Positions 21,111 to 31,171 of a DNA stretch of 64,000 nt are shown piece by piece (positions within the stretch are counted from its first letter, which is position 1; each line of letters starts with the position of its first letter). Location: contig CABZAV010000002.1 in the NCBI GenBank assembly GCA_902523885.1, positions 4,923 to 68,922 of the forward strand, written 5' to 3'. This DNA comes from an uncultured SAR86 cluster bacterium (lineage in GTDB: Bacteria; Pseudomonadota; Gammaproteobacteria; Magnimaribacterales; AG-339-G14). Both the position numbers and the translations under genes were made by a program. The notes beneath the pieces were generated by a model, which saw only the letters and a list, made by a program, of their open reading frames with translations, was not told the DNA's origin and did not search any database.

Positions 21111-21837
21111 TTGCTTCTATTAAATCTCTTTTCGTATCAACGCCAAGATGAAATAATGACTTTGATGGTAAAGCTTTAATCAAAACACCATTATCTAATG
21201 CGCGCAATTGCTCTAATTTAAACTCTAATTCTCGTTTAGATTGCTGCCATTTTACAAAATTCTTTAAACATTTAAATTTGTAACCATAGATACCGAGATG
21301 AATAAACCAATCTGAAGTATCGCCTTCAACTTCTCTAGAAAAATCTAATGAAATGCATTTATCAACTTTAATTTTTACTTCGTTAGAATTATTTTTAGTC
21401 GGTAAAGTTTCATGTGCTGAATAAAGAGTAGTCATTTCATGATCTAAAATAGTTTCTAATTTAGAAGGAAGATGATTTTCAACATTCAAAAAAGAATAGA
21501 AAATATTATTTATATCAACTGGGTCAATGAAAGGTTCATCTCCTTGCACATTAATTACAATATCTTCATCTTTTAAATCAAGATTATTAGCAACTTCAAA
21601 TATTCTATCGGTTCCGGTTTGGTGCTGATCAGATGTTAAAACTGCGTTTCCTTCAAATTCCTCCACTACTTTTTTTATTTTATTTGAATCAGTAGCAACA
21701 ATAATCTCATCGGCTATAGAATTTTTTGCAGCTTGATAAGTCCATTCAATCATGGGTTTTTTATCAATTAATTTAAGAGGTTTTTCAGGTAAACGCTCAG
21801 AATCTAATCTTGCTGGAATGATAACTATTTTTTTCAA
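21088..21837 (-). CDS. kdsB: 3-deoxy-manno-octulosonate cytidylyltransferase (CMP-KDO synthetase)
   Basis: N-terminus IIPARLDSERLPEKPL and the QGDEPFI motif. Confidence 0.9.
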   Translation of the reverse strand: MKKIVIIPARLDSERLPEKPLKLIDKKPMIEWTYQAAKNSIADEIIVATDSNKIKKVVEEFEGNAVLTSDQHQTGTDRIFEVANNLDLKDEDIVINVQGDEPFIDPVDINNIFYSFLNVENHLPSKLETILDHEMTTLYSAHETLPTKNNSNEVKIKVDKCISLDFSREVEGDTSDWFIHLGIYGYKFKCLKNFVKWQQSKRELEFKLEQLRALDNGVLIKALPSKSLFHLGVDTKRDLIEANEIAKKF

Positions 21838-24632
21838 GATATAACTTCTTTATAAATTTTTTCAGCAAAATCCTCGGATAATTTTGCTTCTATCTTAAGA
21901 TACCAAAAATTACCAATAAAATTTTTACACTTTATTGCGTCTTTTTCAGTCATTATTATCGGTAAATTTTCAAGTCCAATAAAATCAGCCTTGTTATAAG
22001 TATGATGATCAGGAAAAGAATTTTCAATCACTTCAAATCCTAGATTTCTAAGTGTAGAAAAAAAATTATTTGGATTTGCAATACCTGCAACTGCATATAC
22101 TAATTTTTCGTGGGGCCAATCTTCAATTTTTTTTTCTTCCCCAGAATTTAACTTGACCCAAGAAACTGGCTCGTACGTCATTAATATGTCTTTGTCAGAT
22201 AAATTTTCTTCTTCAGCATAGAATTTGTTTGTATTTATAATGTAATTAACTTCTCTAAGTCTTTTAAGGGGCTCTCTTAATGGGCCAGCAGGAAAAGTAA
22301 ACCCATTGCCAAATTTTCTAAAGCCATCAACTAATGCTACTTCTATATCTCTGTGAAGCTTATAATGTTGCATTCCATCATCACTGATTATTACATCGCA
22401 ATTATGTTTTTTTAATAGGAATTTTACTGCTTCTACTCTATCCGGGGAAATTACTGTAGGACATTGAGTCTGATTAAAAATAAGCTTTGGTTCATCCCCG
22501 GAAGCGCTAACATTAGTCTGCTCACTAACATCTAATGGAAATTTAGTAGATGAGCTTTTGTATCCTCTTGAAACAATTCCCGGTTTAAGTCCTTTATTTT
22601 TCAAGAGATTTGCTAGCCAGATTACAAAAGGAGTTTTGCCGTTCCCCCCCACACTCAAATTTCCTACAACTATAACTTTTTGATCGGGTTTCCATGCCTC
22701 CTTTTTTTGTCTTCTTTTTCTAATTGCCGTCAAGAAATTAAATAACCAAGACAAAGGTAACATAAATTTTATCCATGATTTATTTTCATACCAAGCCTTT
22801 TCAATCATTCCTTGTGGAGATTTTTCTTCAATTTTTATAGGAGGAAGAATTATTTTAGACTCTTCTGGAGCTTGCAAATCTTTATCAGAAAATTGATTTT
22901 TATACAGTTCAAAATATTCTCCTTCTAGAGTCAATAAATCTTTGTGATTTCCCTTTTCAACAATCTTCCCTTTTTTTATTACAATTATTTCATTGGCGTT
23001 TTCAACAGTAGATAATCGATGAGCTATGACTATTGTAGTTTTGCCAATTTTTAATTTTTCTATTGCATCTTGCACAAGTTTTTCAGATTCTGAATCCAAA
23101 GCTGACGTTGCCTCATCTAAAAGCAAGATTGAGCATTTTTTTAAAAAAGCTCGGGCGATTGCAATTCTTTGCCTCTGACCACCAGATAATAGGGTTCCAT
23201 CGTTACCAATTAAAGTTTCATATTTATTTGGAAGTTCTGAAATAAATTCATGAGCATGAGCTTGTTTTGATGCTTCAATTATTTCCTCTTCGGAAGCTTC
23301 GCGATAGGCATATTTAATATTGTTAAAAACTGTATCATTGAATAGTACAGTCGTTTGTCCTACTGCAGATATATTTTCTCTTAAGTTTGATAGTTCTATT
23401 TCATTTAAGGAATAGTCATCAATTAAAATTTCTCCACTAGACACTTCATAAAACCTTGGAATCAAGTTAACTATAGTCGACTTTCCTGCTCCTGAAGAGC
23501 CAACTATCGCGAGAGTTTTGCTTGGCGAAGCATTAAAAGATAAGTTTTTCAATATAACTTCATTAGAATTTTCATAACTAAACGATACATCTCTAAATTC
23601 TAGCTTCCCTTTACAATCATTTAAAATGACGTCTCCATTATCTCGTTCTGGTAATTCATCAAGCTGATCAAAAATTGTTTCAGACGCTGCAACTCCTCTT
23701 TGTATCATTGCATTTACTTGAGTTAATTGTCTTATAGGTTTAGCCAACATTCCCGCTGCACCAAAGAATGCAATGAAAGTTCCAGCAGTCATAATCTCCA
23801 ATACATTTGAATCTAAAGCAATCCAAGTTATCAGTGCTAGTGCAAGAGAAAGAATGATTTGTATTAAGGGAGATGAAATTGCATTAGTCGATTCAAATTT
23901 TAAGTAGGCAATAGTATTATCCATGCTTGCTTTTTTGAATTTCAAATTTTCAGCTTCTTGTTGATTGAATAATTTTATTTCTTTGTTTGCGTTAATTGAT
24001 TCAGAACTAACATGAGTTACGTCTCCCATAGCGTTTTGAAGTCTTGTGCTTACTCTTTTAAGCCTTCTTGCTGCTATATATATAATCCCACTTATAAAAG
24101 GAGCAGTTATTAAAAATACTAATGAAAGTCTCCAATTTAGGTATAAGAGATAAAGAATAAGACCAATTGCTATTAAACCTTCTCTGAATAAAATCTTAAG
24201 TGCTTCGGTACCGGATTCCCTTACTTGGCCCACATTAAAGGTAATTCTTGACAAAAGATGTCCTCTGTTATTATCGTCATAATACTTGGAAGGTAAAGAA
24301 ACTAATGATTTGAAAAGTTCAGATCTTAAATCATGAACTAAATTCAAAGATACAAATTGCATAAAAAAATGACCTAAATAAGATCCAATTCCTCTAAATA
24401 CAGCTAATCCAACTAAAGCTATAGGTAATAAAAGTGATTTTGATTCATCAGGTTCAGAAATATAGTCAACAATTTGTTTGAACCACTCGGCTATTGCTAC
24501 TTGCGTAGAAGCAAAAATTGCAAATCCAATGAAACTTAATAAGAAATAACCGTAATAAGGTTTTACATAAGAAAGTAGTCTTAGATAGTAAGATTTTTTC
24601 TTAGACATATTAATTTGCCTTTGAAGCTCCAT
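21834..24632 (-). CDS. msbA-lpxK: Fused lipid A flippase MsbA (aa 1-~581) and tetraacyldisaccharide 4'-kinase LpxK (aa 609-932)
   Basis: Six-TM ABC exporter domain with Walker A GSSGAGKST, signature LSGGQRQR and Walker B LLLDEATSALD. A ~27-aa linker follows. Then comes a full LpxK starting at the internal MIEKAW, with anchor helix LPLSWLFNFL and P-loop GNLSVGGNGKTP. Confidence 0.9.
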   Translation of the reverse strand: MELQRQINMSKKKSYYLRLLSYVKPYYGYFLLSFIGFAIFASTQVAIAEWFKQIVDYISEPDESKSLLLPIALVGLAVFRGIGSYLGHFFMQFVSLNLVHDLRSELFKSLVSLPSKYYDDNNRGHLLSRITFNVGQVRESGTEALKILFREGLIAIGLILYLLYLNWRLSLVFLITAPFISGIIYIAARRLKRVSTRLQNAMGDVTHVSSESINANKEIKLFNQQEAENLKFKKASMDNTIAYLKFESTNAISSPLIQIILSLALALITWIALDSNVLEIMTAGTFIAFFGAAGMLAKPIRQLTQVNAMIQRGVAASETIFDQLDELPERDNGDVILNDCKGKLEFRDVSFSYENSNEVILKNLSFNASPSKTLAIVGSSGAGKSTIVNLIPRFYEVSSGEILIDDYSLNEIELSNLRENISAVGQTTVLFNDTVFNNIKYAYREASEEEIIEASKQAHAHEFISELPNKYETLIGNDGTLLSGGQRQRIAIARAFLKKCSILLLDEATSALDSESEKLVQDAIEKLKIGKTTIVIAHRLSTVENANEIIVIKKGKIVEKGNHKDLLTLEGEYFELYKNQFSDKDLQAPEESKIILPPIKIEEKSPQGMIEKAWYENKSWIKFMLPLSWLFNFLTAIRKRRQKKEAWKPDQKVIVVGNLSVGGNGKTPFVIWLANLLKNKGLKPGIVSRGYKSSSTKFPLDVSEQTNVSASGDEPKLIFNQTQCPTVISPDRVEAVKFLLKKHNCDVIISDDGMQHYKLHRDIEVALVDGFRKFGNGFTFPAGPLREPLKRLREVNYIINTNKFYAEEENLSDKDILMTYEPVSWVKLNSGEEKKIEDWPHEKLVYAVAGIANPNNFFSTLRNLGFEVIENSFPDHHTYNKADFIGLENLPIIMTEKDAIKCKNFIGNFWYLKIEAKLSEDFAEKIYKEVIS

Positions 24633-25023
24633 TTATTTGAATATTTTTGAAGCCGTTTCTATTTAAAGATTCCATAATAGTAACTAAATATTGATATTTT
24701 GTATCTGAATCAGCAGAAATAATGGCTGTTTTTATCTCAGGAGAAATGGCTCTGAGCTCTTCATTTAAAGCCTTGATAGAAAAATCATCTAAAATTATGT
24801 TATTAATCAAAACCTCTCCTTCTTTTGATATCTCTATTTTGACTCTTTTTTGCGGTAAATTACTCATTGTTTCTTTGTCAATTGTTGGTAAGTCGATAGA
24901 CATAGTTTTTAAATCTATAAACTGAGTACTCAACACAAAGAATATGAGCAATAAAAAAATAACATCCACCAAAGGGGTAATTTCTAAATTAATTTCAGGA
25001 GATTTTTTTTTCTTAAATTTCAA
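24610..25023 (-). CDS. exbD: ExbD/TolR-family biopolymer transport protein
   Basis: 137 aa with N-terminal ITPLVDVIFLLLIFF. Confidence 0.85.
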   Translation of the reverse strand: MKFKKKKSPEINLEITPLVDVIFLLLIFFVLSTQFIDLKTMSIDLPTIDKETMSNLPQKRVKIEISKEGEVLINNIILDDFSIKALNEELRAISPEIKTAIISADSDTKYQYLVTIMESLNRNGFKNIQINGASKAN

Positions 25024-25622
25024 TTTTTTGATAAGTAATTAATTAATTTATTGGATTCTTCTTCCAGCTCTAGCGAATAATTTTCTATTGTCCTATTAAA
25101 AGATCTATAAAAAATTAGACTCGGAATAGCGACTATTAATCCAGCAGCTGTTGTAACCAAAGCTTCTGCAATTCCCCCAGCCAACGGTCCAATTGAATTG
25201 ATTCCTGAAACTAACAAATTACTGAATATAGAAATCATTCCAGTTACTGTTCCTAGAAGGCCTAATATGGGAGAAACAGAAGCAATTGTTCCTAACAACG
25301 TCATAAACTTTTCAAGTCTATTTATTTCAAATCTACCAATTTCCTCAGCGCGAAGCCTTAAATTAGTTTTACTTTTTAATTTTTCCTCCATAAGTGCAAA
25401 AAAAATATTTCCTTGTACAGAATCACTAGACATTTTTTCTTTCATACTGTTCGTTAAAGATTTTTTTTTAATTTGAGATATAACATCTTTAGTTAAGTCT
25501 TTTGGCAAAACCGCATCTCTTGCCAAGTTCCATGTTTTTTCAATCACGATGGCTAAGGAGATAATCGAGAGTAAGATTATTGGCCAAATTATAAAACCGC
25601 CTGAAAGAATTATGTAAGACAT
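25020..25622 (-). CDS. exbB: MotA/TolQ/ExbB-family proton channel protein
   Basis: 200 aa, three TM helices, GLLGTVTGMI motif. Confidence 0.85.
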   Translation of the reverse strand: MSYIILSGGFIIWPIILLSIISLAIVIEKTWNLARDAVLPKDLTKDVISQIKKKSLTNSMKEKMSSDSVQGNIFFALMEEKLKSKTNLRLRAEEIGRFEINRLEKFMTLLGTIASVSPILGLLGTVTGMISIFSNLLVSGINSIGPLAGGIAEALVTTAAGLIVAIPSLIFYRSFNRTIENYSLELEEESNKLINYLSKN

Positions 25623-25641
25623 ATAAAGAATACCTTAGCGT

Positions 25642-26316
25642 TCATATAAAAGAACCTGAGTCCATTGTTTTCTGAAAATCTGATATTTCTTCAAAACTTC
25701 TATCATGGGTAGCTATTATTAAGGAAGATTTAGAATTTATCATAAAATCTTTTAGCATTTCTCTAACTTCTTGGGCAGTCTCACGATCGAGATCTCCTGT
25801 AGGTTCATCTAGCAAAACAAACTTTGGGTCATGTATTAGGGCTCTTGCAATGGCGACACGTTGCCTTTCTCCTCCAGATAATTGATTAGGCTTGTGGAAT
25901 AATCTTTTTTCAAGACCAAATTTAGCTAATATTTGTCTTGATTTTTCATAAGCAACTTCTTTTGACTGACCGTTAAGCAAAAGAGGAAATGCCGCATTAT
26001 CAATTGCTTTGAATTCAGGAATTAAATGATGAAATTGATAAACAAACCCAATATTTGTCCTCCTTATTGATGCTAGCTCATCAAGAGTCAAATATTGGAA
26101 ATCATAATTTTCAAATTTTATTTGCCCACTTGTAATGGTTTCTAACCCAGCTAACAAATGAAGAAGGGTCGATTTACCTGAGCCAGAACGTCCAAAGATA
26201 ATCATTATATCGGATTCATGAATTGAAAAACTGACCTCGTTTACTGCTTTTATAATATTTAAATTATCAGAAAAATTTTTTTTTAAATCTTTTACATCAA
26301 CAACTTTGTTACTCAT
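25642..26316 (-). CDS. lolD: Lipoprotein-releasing ABC transporter ATP-binding protein
   Basis: Walker [12 protein letters not shown], signature LSGGERQR, Walker [11 protein letters not shown]. Overlaps the upstream permease gene by 8 nt. Confidence 0.9.
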   Translation of the reverse strand: MSNKVVDVKDLKKNFSDNLNIIKAVNEVSFSIHESDIMIIFGRSGSGKSTLLHLLAGLETITSGQIKFENYDFQYLTLDELASIRRTNIGFVYQFHHLIPEFKAIDNAAFPLLLNGQSKEVAYEKSRQILAKFGLEKRLFHKPNQLSGGERQRVAIARALIHDPKFVLLDEPTGDLDRETAQEVREMLKDFMINSKSSLIIATHDRSFEEISDFQKTMDSGSFI

Positions 26317-27553
26317 TTCTCAAAACCTCTGCTGGCACAACTTTGGAAGCAACTCTAGCGGGATATAAACAAACCAAAAGAGTGAGAATAATCGTAGAAA
26401 ATAAGATAAAAAAGATCCAAGAAAACCTTATATCTATTGGAAAGTAATTTATGAAATAAGTATCTTGCATCAGAGAATTTATGGCTTCTTCAAAAAATCT
26501 TGATGAAAGCAAATAGGTAATTAATATACCTAATCCAAGACCGACCAATGAACCAATCAAAGAAATCATTGCCCCAAGATAAATAAATATTTTTCTAATT
26601 TCATATTTCGACATACCCATGGTTTTGAAAATTGCTAATTGAGCTTTTTTATCATTAATCATCATAATTAACATCGAGACAATATTAAAAGCCGCAACTA
26701 TAACAATCAAAAATACCAAAATTCCAACTAGTGTTTTTTCCATCATTATTGCTTCGAATAGAGGTCCATAGGTTACTGTCCAATTTTCAGAAATTAATAT
26801 TTGATTGGTATAATCCTCTACATCCATTAGTACTTCCCATGATAAGTAATTGGCATCAAACAAATCATCAAACTTAATTCTAAAACCTTGAATTTGATCT
26901 TTGATTGATAGCAAATTTGCTGCTTGAATAATATTTACATAAGCAACTCCTTCGTCAATATCCGGCGCTCCAACTCTAAAAATTCCTGTTACTTTGAAGT
27001 TTTTGATTTTTGGAAAATAGCCAGCAAATGAAGCTTTGCCATCTGGAAGCATTAAAGACACCTGATTACCAATATCTAGGTTTAACTTTCTTGCTAATAG
27101 CTCTCCTATAATTATATTATTTCCGTTTTCATTTAAAGAATCATAACTGCCCTTTATAATAAAATTAGAGACAACGGAAACGTTCTTTTCAGAATCTGGA
27201 ACTATTCCTATTAAATTAGATCCATATACTTCATCTACACTCCCAATCAACATTTGAGATTGGACAAAAGGAGAAACTCCCATTACTTTAGGATGCTCTT
27301 TCAATACTTCATAAACATCACTCCAATTTGAAATTGGAGCAACTCCCATTATCGAGGCATGAGGAATAACATTAAGTATTCTATCTCTAAGTTCTTTTTC
27401 AAAACCATTCATAACCGAAGAAACTATTATCAAAACAGCTACTCCAATTGCGACACAAGCATAGGCTAAAGAGGAAACAAAAGAGGTGGCTCCCTTAGTT
27501 TTTGATCTGAGATATTCAAAAGCAATGGATAGAGATATATCTTTAGTTTCCAT
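26309..27553 (-). CDS. lolC: Lipoprotein-releasing system permease, LolC/LolE family (single copy)
   Basis: 414 aa with MacB/FtsX-type topology: TM1, large periplasmic domain, then three C-terminal TM helices. Confidence 0.85.
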   Translation of the reverse strand: METKDISLSIAFEYLRSKTKGATSFVSSLAYACVAIGVAVLIIVSSVMNGFEKELRDRILNVIPHASIMGVAPISNWSDVYEVLKEHPKVMGVSPFVQSQMLIGSVDEVYGSNLIGIVPDSEKNVSVVSNFIIKGSYDSLNENGNNIIIGELLARKLNLDIGNQVSLMLPDGKASFAGYFPKIKNFKVTGIFRVGAPDIDEGVAYVNIIQAANLLSIKDQIQGFRIKFDDLFDANYLSWEVLMDVEDYTNQILISENWTVTYGPLFEAIMMEKTLVGILVFLIVIVAAFNIVSMLIMMINDKKAQLAIFKTMGMSKYEIRKIFIYLGAMISLIGSLVGLGLGILITYLLSSRFFEEAINSLMQDTYFINYFPIDIRFSWIFFILFSTIILTLLVCLYPARVASKVVPAEVLRNE

Positions 27554-27577
27554 AAGATATAAAACTATACAGAAAAA

Positions 27578-29029
27578 TTATTTCAATACTGAGTCTTTAG
27601 TCGAATCGAATTGCTTTCCTTTATAGGGAGGCATCATTGGGGCTAAAAGGTCAGCTGAAAATTGTTTATAAATTGCCTTTGCATGACTAAAGTTTTTAAA
27701 ACCATCGAAGCCATGATAATTTCCAGTGCCGCTTGGTCCGACCCCACCAAAAGGGATATCCTCTTGACCTATATGCCAAATAACATCATTAAGAGTCACT
27801 CCACCCGAAATAGTGTTATTTAAAACGTCATTTTCTCTTTTTTTATCATTTCCAAAATAGTACAAACCTAGAGGCCTGTCTTTGGAGTTAACATAACCTA
27901 TAGTCTCTTGAAAATCATCGTACTCTTTAACTGGCAATAGTGGACCAAATATTTCCTCTTTCATAATATCCATATCGTCAGTAGGGTTTAATACCAAAGT
28001 TGGAGGAATTTTATGGACTTCTTGCTGGCTGAAATCCTCATCAGCGGGATTTATAACTCTTATGTCTGCACCCTTTTCTTTTGCATCTTCAATTAAATTG
28101 TTTAATCGATCATAATGTTTTTCGTTAATGACAGAAGTATAGTTTTGATTGTACTTTAAATTTTCATACATAGATTTAACAGCAGATTCAGACTCTTTTA
28201 CAAAATCTTCAGATTTTCCTTTTGGCACCATTACATAATCTGGAGCTAAGCAGATCTGTCCTGCATTCATTGTCTTTCCCCTCATAACTTTAGTAGCTGT
28301 ATTCTTTAAATCAGCATTTTCGTCAACTATTACAGGTGATTTTCCACCAAGCTCTAAAGTTACAGGAACTAAATTTTCTGAAGCCGATTTCATAACTAAT
28401 TTTCCAGTTTGAGTGCTTCCTGTGAAAAGCAAGTGATCAAAAGGCAAGGAACTAAATGCAGCTGCCACATCTGGACCGCCAGTAAATACTGCGGCTTCCG
28501 ATGGGTCAAAAAACTCTTTAAACATTTTCTCCGTCAAATCAGAAGTTACTGGAGTAAATTCAGATGGTTTAATCATTACTCTATTGCCAGCAGCAAAAAT
28601 TGTCCCAAGTGGAGATAAAACAAGATTAATTGGAAAATTCCATGGACTTATAACGCCTACTGTTCCTAAAGGCTGATATTTAATCCATGATTTTGCGCCA
28701 AATAAAGACATGACTGTCCTTATTGCAAAAGGTTGGGAAGGATTGCTTTTCCTTTTCTCGTCTTTCATCCATCTTTTAACATTTTCTTTAGAGTGATTAA
28801 TAGAACCAATTGTGGACATAATTTCTGATATAAAACCCGCTTTATAATCTCTGTTACCAAAATCTTCTTGAATAGCATCTAAAATTTCAACATTATATTT
28901 TTTGAGCATTTCGACGCACCTATTTAGTCTGTCTTCTCTTAGTTCTAAACTTGGCGTTTCTTCTTCAATATATAATTTTTTTTGAAGTTTAAGGATCTTT
29001 TCCATTTCCTGTATTTTTTCGTTAGACAT
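27578..29029 (-). CDS. NAD(P)-dependent aldehyde dehydrogenase (ALDH3 / coniferyl-aldehyde-DH-like)
   Basis: ELGGKSP and catalytic Cys context GQICLAPDY. Confidence 0.9.
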   Translation of the reverse strand: MSNEKIQEMEKILKLQKKLYIEEETPSLELREDRLNRCVEMLKKYNVEILDAIQEDFGNRDYKAGFISEIMSTIGSINHSKENVKRWMKDEKRKSNPSQPFAIRTVMSLFGAKSWIKYQPLGTVGVISPWNFPINLVLSPLGTIFAAGNRVMIKPSEFTPVTSDLTEKMFKEFFDPSEAAVFTGGPDVAAAFSSLPFDHLLFTGSTQTGKLVMKSASENLVPVTLELGGKSPVIVDENADLKNTATKVMRGKTMNAGQICLAPDYVMVPKGKSEDFVKESESAVKSMYENLKYNQNYTSVINEKHYDRLNNLIEDAKEKGADIRVINPADEDFSQQEVHKIPPTLVLNPTDDMDIMKEEIFGPLLPVKEYDDFQETIGYVNSKDRPLGLYYFGNDKKRENDVLNNTISGGVTLNDVIWHIGQEDIPFGGVGPSGTGNYHGFDGFKNFSHAKAIYKQFSADLLAPMMPPYKGKQFDSTKDSVLK

Positions 29030-29047
29030 ATCTTCTCCTATTTAATT

Positions 29048-29941
29048 TTATTTAGTATTTCTTAAACTTTTATCTTTCTCATTACTTCTCTTTATAGTAT
29101 CTCTTATATTTGTCCAGTCTTCATCTTTAAGTTTGCCTAAACTAGCAAAAGTACCTCCAGCAGAAAGATAAGCCGCTCCATCAATTGCAATAGTTTGTCC
29201 TGTTAAATAATCGCATCCATCGGCCATCAAAAAAGTTGCAAGGTTTCCTAGCTCGCTCATTTCTCCTACTCTGCCCATTGGATTTGACGACATAGAGCTT
29301 TGGTCCAATGCGCCTTTATTATTTTCTGTTTCAGGGCTAAGTCTAGACCAAGCACCTTCAGTAGGAAATGGCCCAGGGGCAATGCAATTTAATCTAATGT
29401 TATGAGGCCCCCATTCTACGGCCAAAGATTTTGTCATAGCATTTATTCCTGATTTAGACATTGCAGAAGGGACAACAAAAGGAGAACCTGTCCAAACCCA
29501 AGTCGTTGTTATTGATAGAATATTCCCAGGTTTATTTTGTTCTATCCATTTCTTTCCAACTGAATTTGTCATATTGAATGTTCCATGAAAAACAATAGAA
29601 GCAATAGCGTTGAAAGCATTTGGCGATAAATCTTTTGTCCTGCTAATAAAATTACCTGCGGCATTATTCACCAAGCCATCAAGACCGCCATTTGCAAAGA
29701 CAGTATCTATAGCTTCTTCGATTGCAAGAGAATCTCTAATATCCAAACTGAAGGATGAAACCTTTCCATTAGTAGTTTCTTCTAACTCCTTTTCTGTTTC
29801 TTTTAAAACTGAATCTCTTCTTCCACAGATAATAATTTCGGCGCCATGAGATAAAAAATGTTTTGCCATTTCTTTTCCTAAGCCACTTCCTCCGCCAGTG
29901 ACTAAAATTCTTTTTCCTTCTAATGCATTTTTTTTAAACAT
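29048..29941 (-). CDS. SDR-family oxidoreductase (2,4-dienoyl-CoA reductase-like)
   Basis: VTGGGSGLGKEMA cofactor motif. Overall pattern resembles DECR. Confidence 0.8.
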   Translation of the reverse strand: MFKKNALEGKRILVTGGGSGLGKEMAKHFLSHGAEIIICGRRDSVLKETEKELEETTNGKVSSFSLDIRDSLAIEEAIDTVFANGGLDGLVNNAAGNFISRTKDLSPNAFNAIASIVFHGTFNMTNSVGKKWIEQNKPGNILSITTTWVWTGSPFVVPSAMSKSGINAMTKSLAVEWGPHNIRLNCIAPGPFPTEGAWSRLSPETENNKGALDQSSMSSNPMGRVGEMSELGNLATFLMADGCDYLTGQTIAIDGAAYLSAGGTFASLGKLKDEDWTNIRDTIKRSNEKDKSLRNTK

Positions 29942-29953
29942 AATTTTTCGATC

Positions 29954-31171
29954 CTAATAATAAAAATATTTTTTTTGATTCAAAAGTATAAATACTATTA
30001 GCAATAAAGCCAAAAAACTAATGGCTAAATATGGCAAGTTTGGACTCAACATATAAAGTGGCATTATCGTAAAAGGGGTTATTAAATGTCCGATTGGAAA
30101 AACTGTGCCCATCCAACCGCTTGCAGCACCCTGTTCATTTGGGCTTACAGATAATGAAAGGATAGTTACGTTCCCAGGTCTTATGAGACCTGAGCCCAAT
30201 CCAAACATAATCAATGATAAATATAAATTGGATATCGAAGTGGCATTGGCTAAAAACAAGTAACTGAATAAAATTAAAGCACACCCCCATTTAATGAGAT
30301 TGAGAGGTCTGATCTTAAATTTATCTACGATGAATAAATTAGCAAACATTCCTGACATGGCTACCAATGAAAAGCCAATTGCAATTACTGCATAAACACT
30401 CTCTCCACTCGTTACAATCACATCTTTTGTATATAGAGCAGATGTTAAGACTAAGCATGCGTTCGAAATGCCCATAAATGATGCTACAAGCAACGATGGC
30501 CAAACCCTTGCATCATAAAATTTTAGTTTTGTTAAGTTTTCAGATTCTGAAAATCCATTCGCTTCGTTCATATTTTTATAGTTATAAAAACCAATCAATA
30601 AACCTAATAGAGCTATAAATAAAAAAGGAGCCAGAAGATTTTCATTGAAAATAGATAATAAGAATCCTACTACTATAGGTCCTATCACCACTCCAAATTG
30701 CCAACCTGCATCAAATCGAGCAAATCCTGCTGTTCTTGTTGTCGGAGAGGTTAAATCGGCTATTCTTCCTCCGGCAGCAGGCCTAACAGCACTTCCTAAG
30801 AGCCCGTTTATTAATCTTGTTAAAACTAATAAAGGAAAGACTAATGCTAAGGGTAGTAAAAAATTTTGAGCCGAAATTAAAATCACAGCAAAAGATGCCA
30901 TGGAAAGTGCAAATCCGATCATTCCGATTAAAAAAATAGAGCCCCTGCCAAACCTATCACTCAGTCTTCCCCAGAAAGGACTGAATATCATCCATGCTAA
31001 AGCAGATATTGAGAAAATTAGTCCAACCTCAAATTCACTAAACCCAAGACTTCTCACTTCTGATGGAATAAGAATGAATACTGTTGATTGGCCAGCGCCC
31101 ACACAAGCTAAAGCAGCAGAAAGAAACCAGATAGACTTATGAGGTTTTTCTTGCTCATTAATCATATGCAA
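29954..31171 (-). CDS. MFS transporter
   Basis: 405 aa, about 12 TM helices, GRLSDRFGR loop motif. Confidence 0.8.
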   Translation of the reverse strand: MHMINEQEKPHKSIWFLSAALACVGAGQSTVFILIPSEVRSLGFSEFEVGLIFSISALAWMIFSPFWGRLSDRFGRGSIFLIGMIGFALSMASFAVILISAQNFLLPLALVFPLLVLTRLINGLLGSAVRPAAGGRIADLTSPTTRTAGFARFDAGWQFGVVIGPIVVGFLLSIFNENLLAPFLFIALLGLLIGFYNYKNMNEANGFSESENLTKLKFYDARVWPSLLVASFMGISNACLVLTSALYTKDVIVTSGESVYAVIAIGFSLVAMSGMFANLFIVDKFKIRPLNLIKWGCALILFSYLFLANATSISNLYLSLIMFGLGSGLIRPGNVTILSLSVSPNEQGAASGWMGTVFPIGHLITPFTIMPLYMLSPNLPYLAISFLALLLIVFILLNQKKYFYY

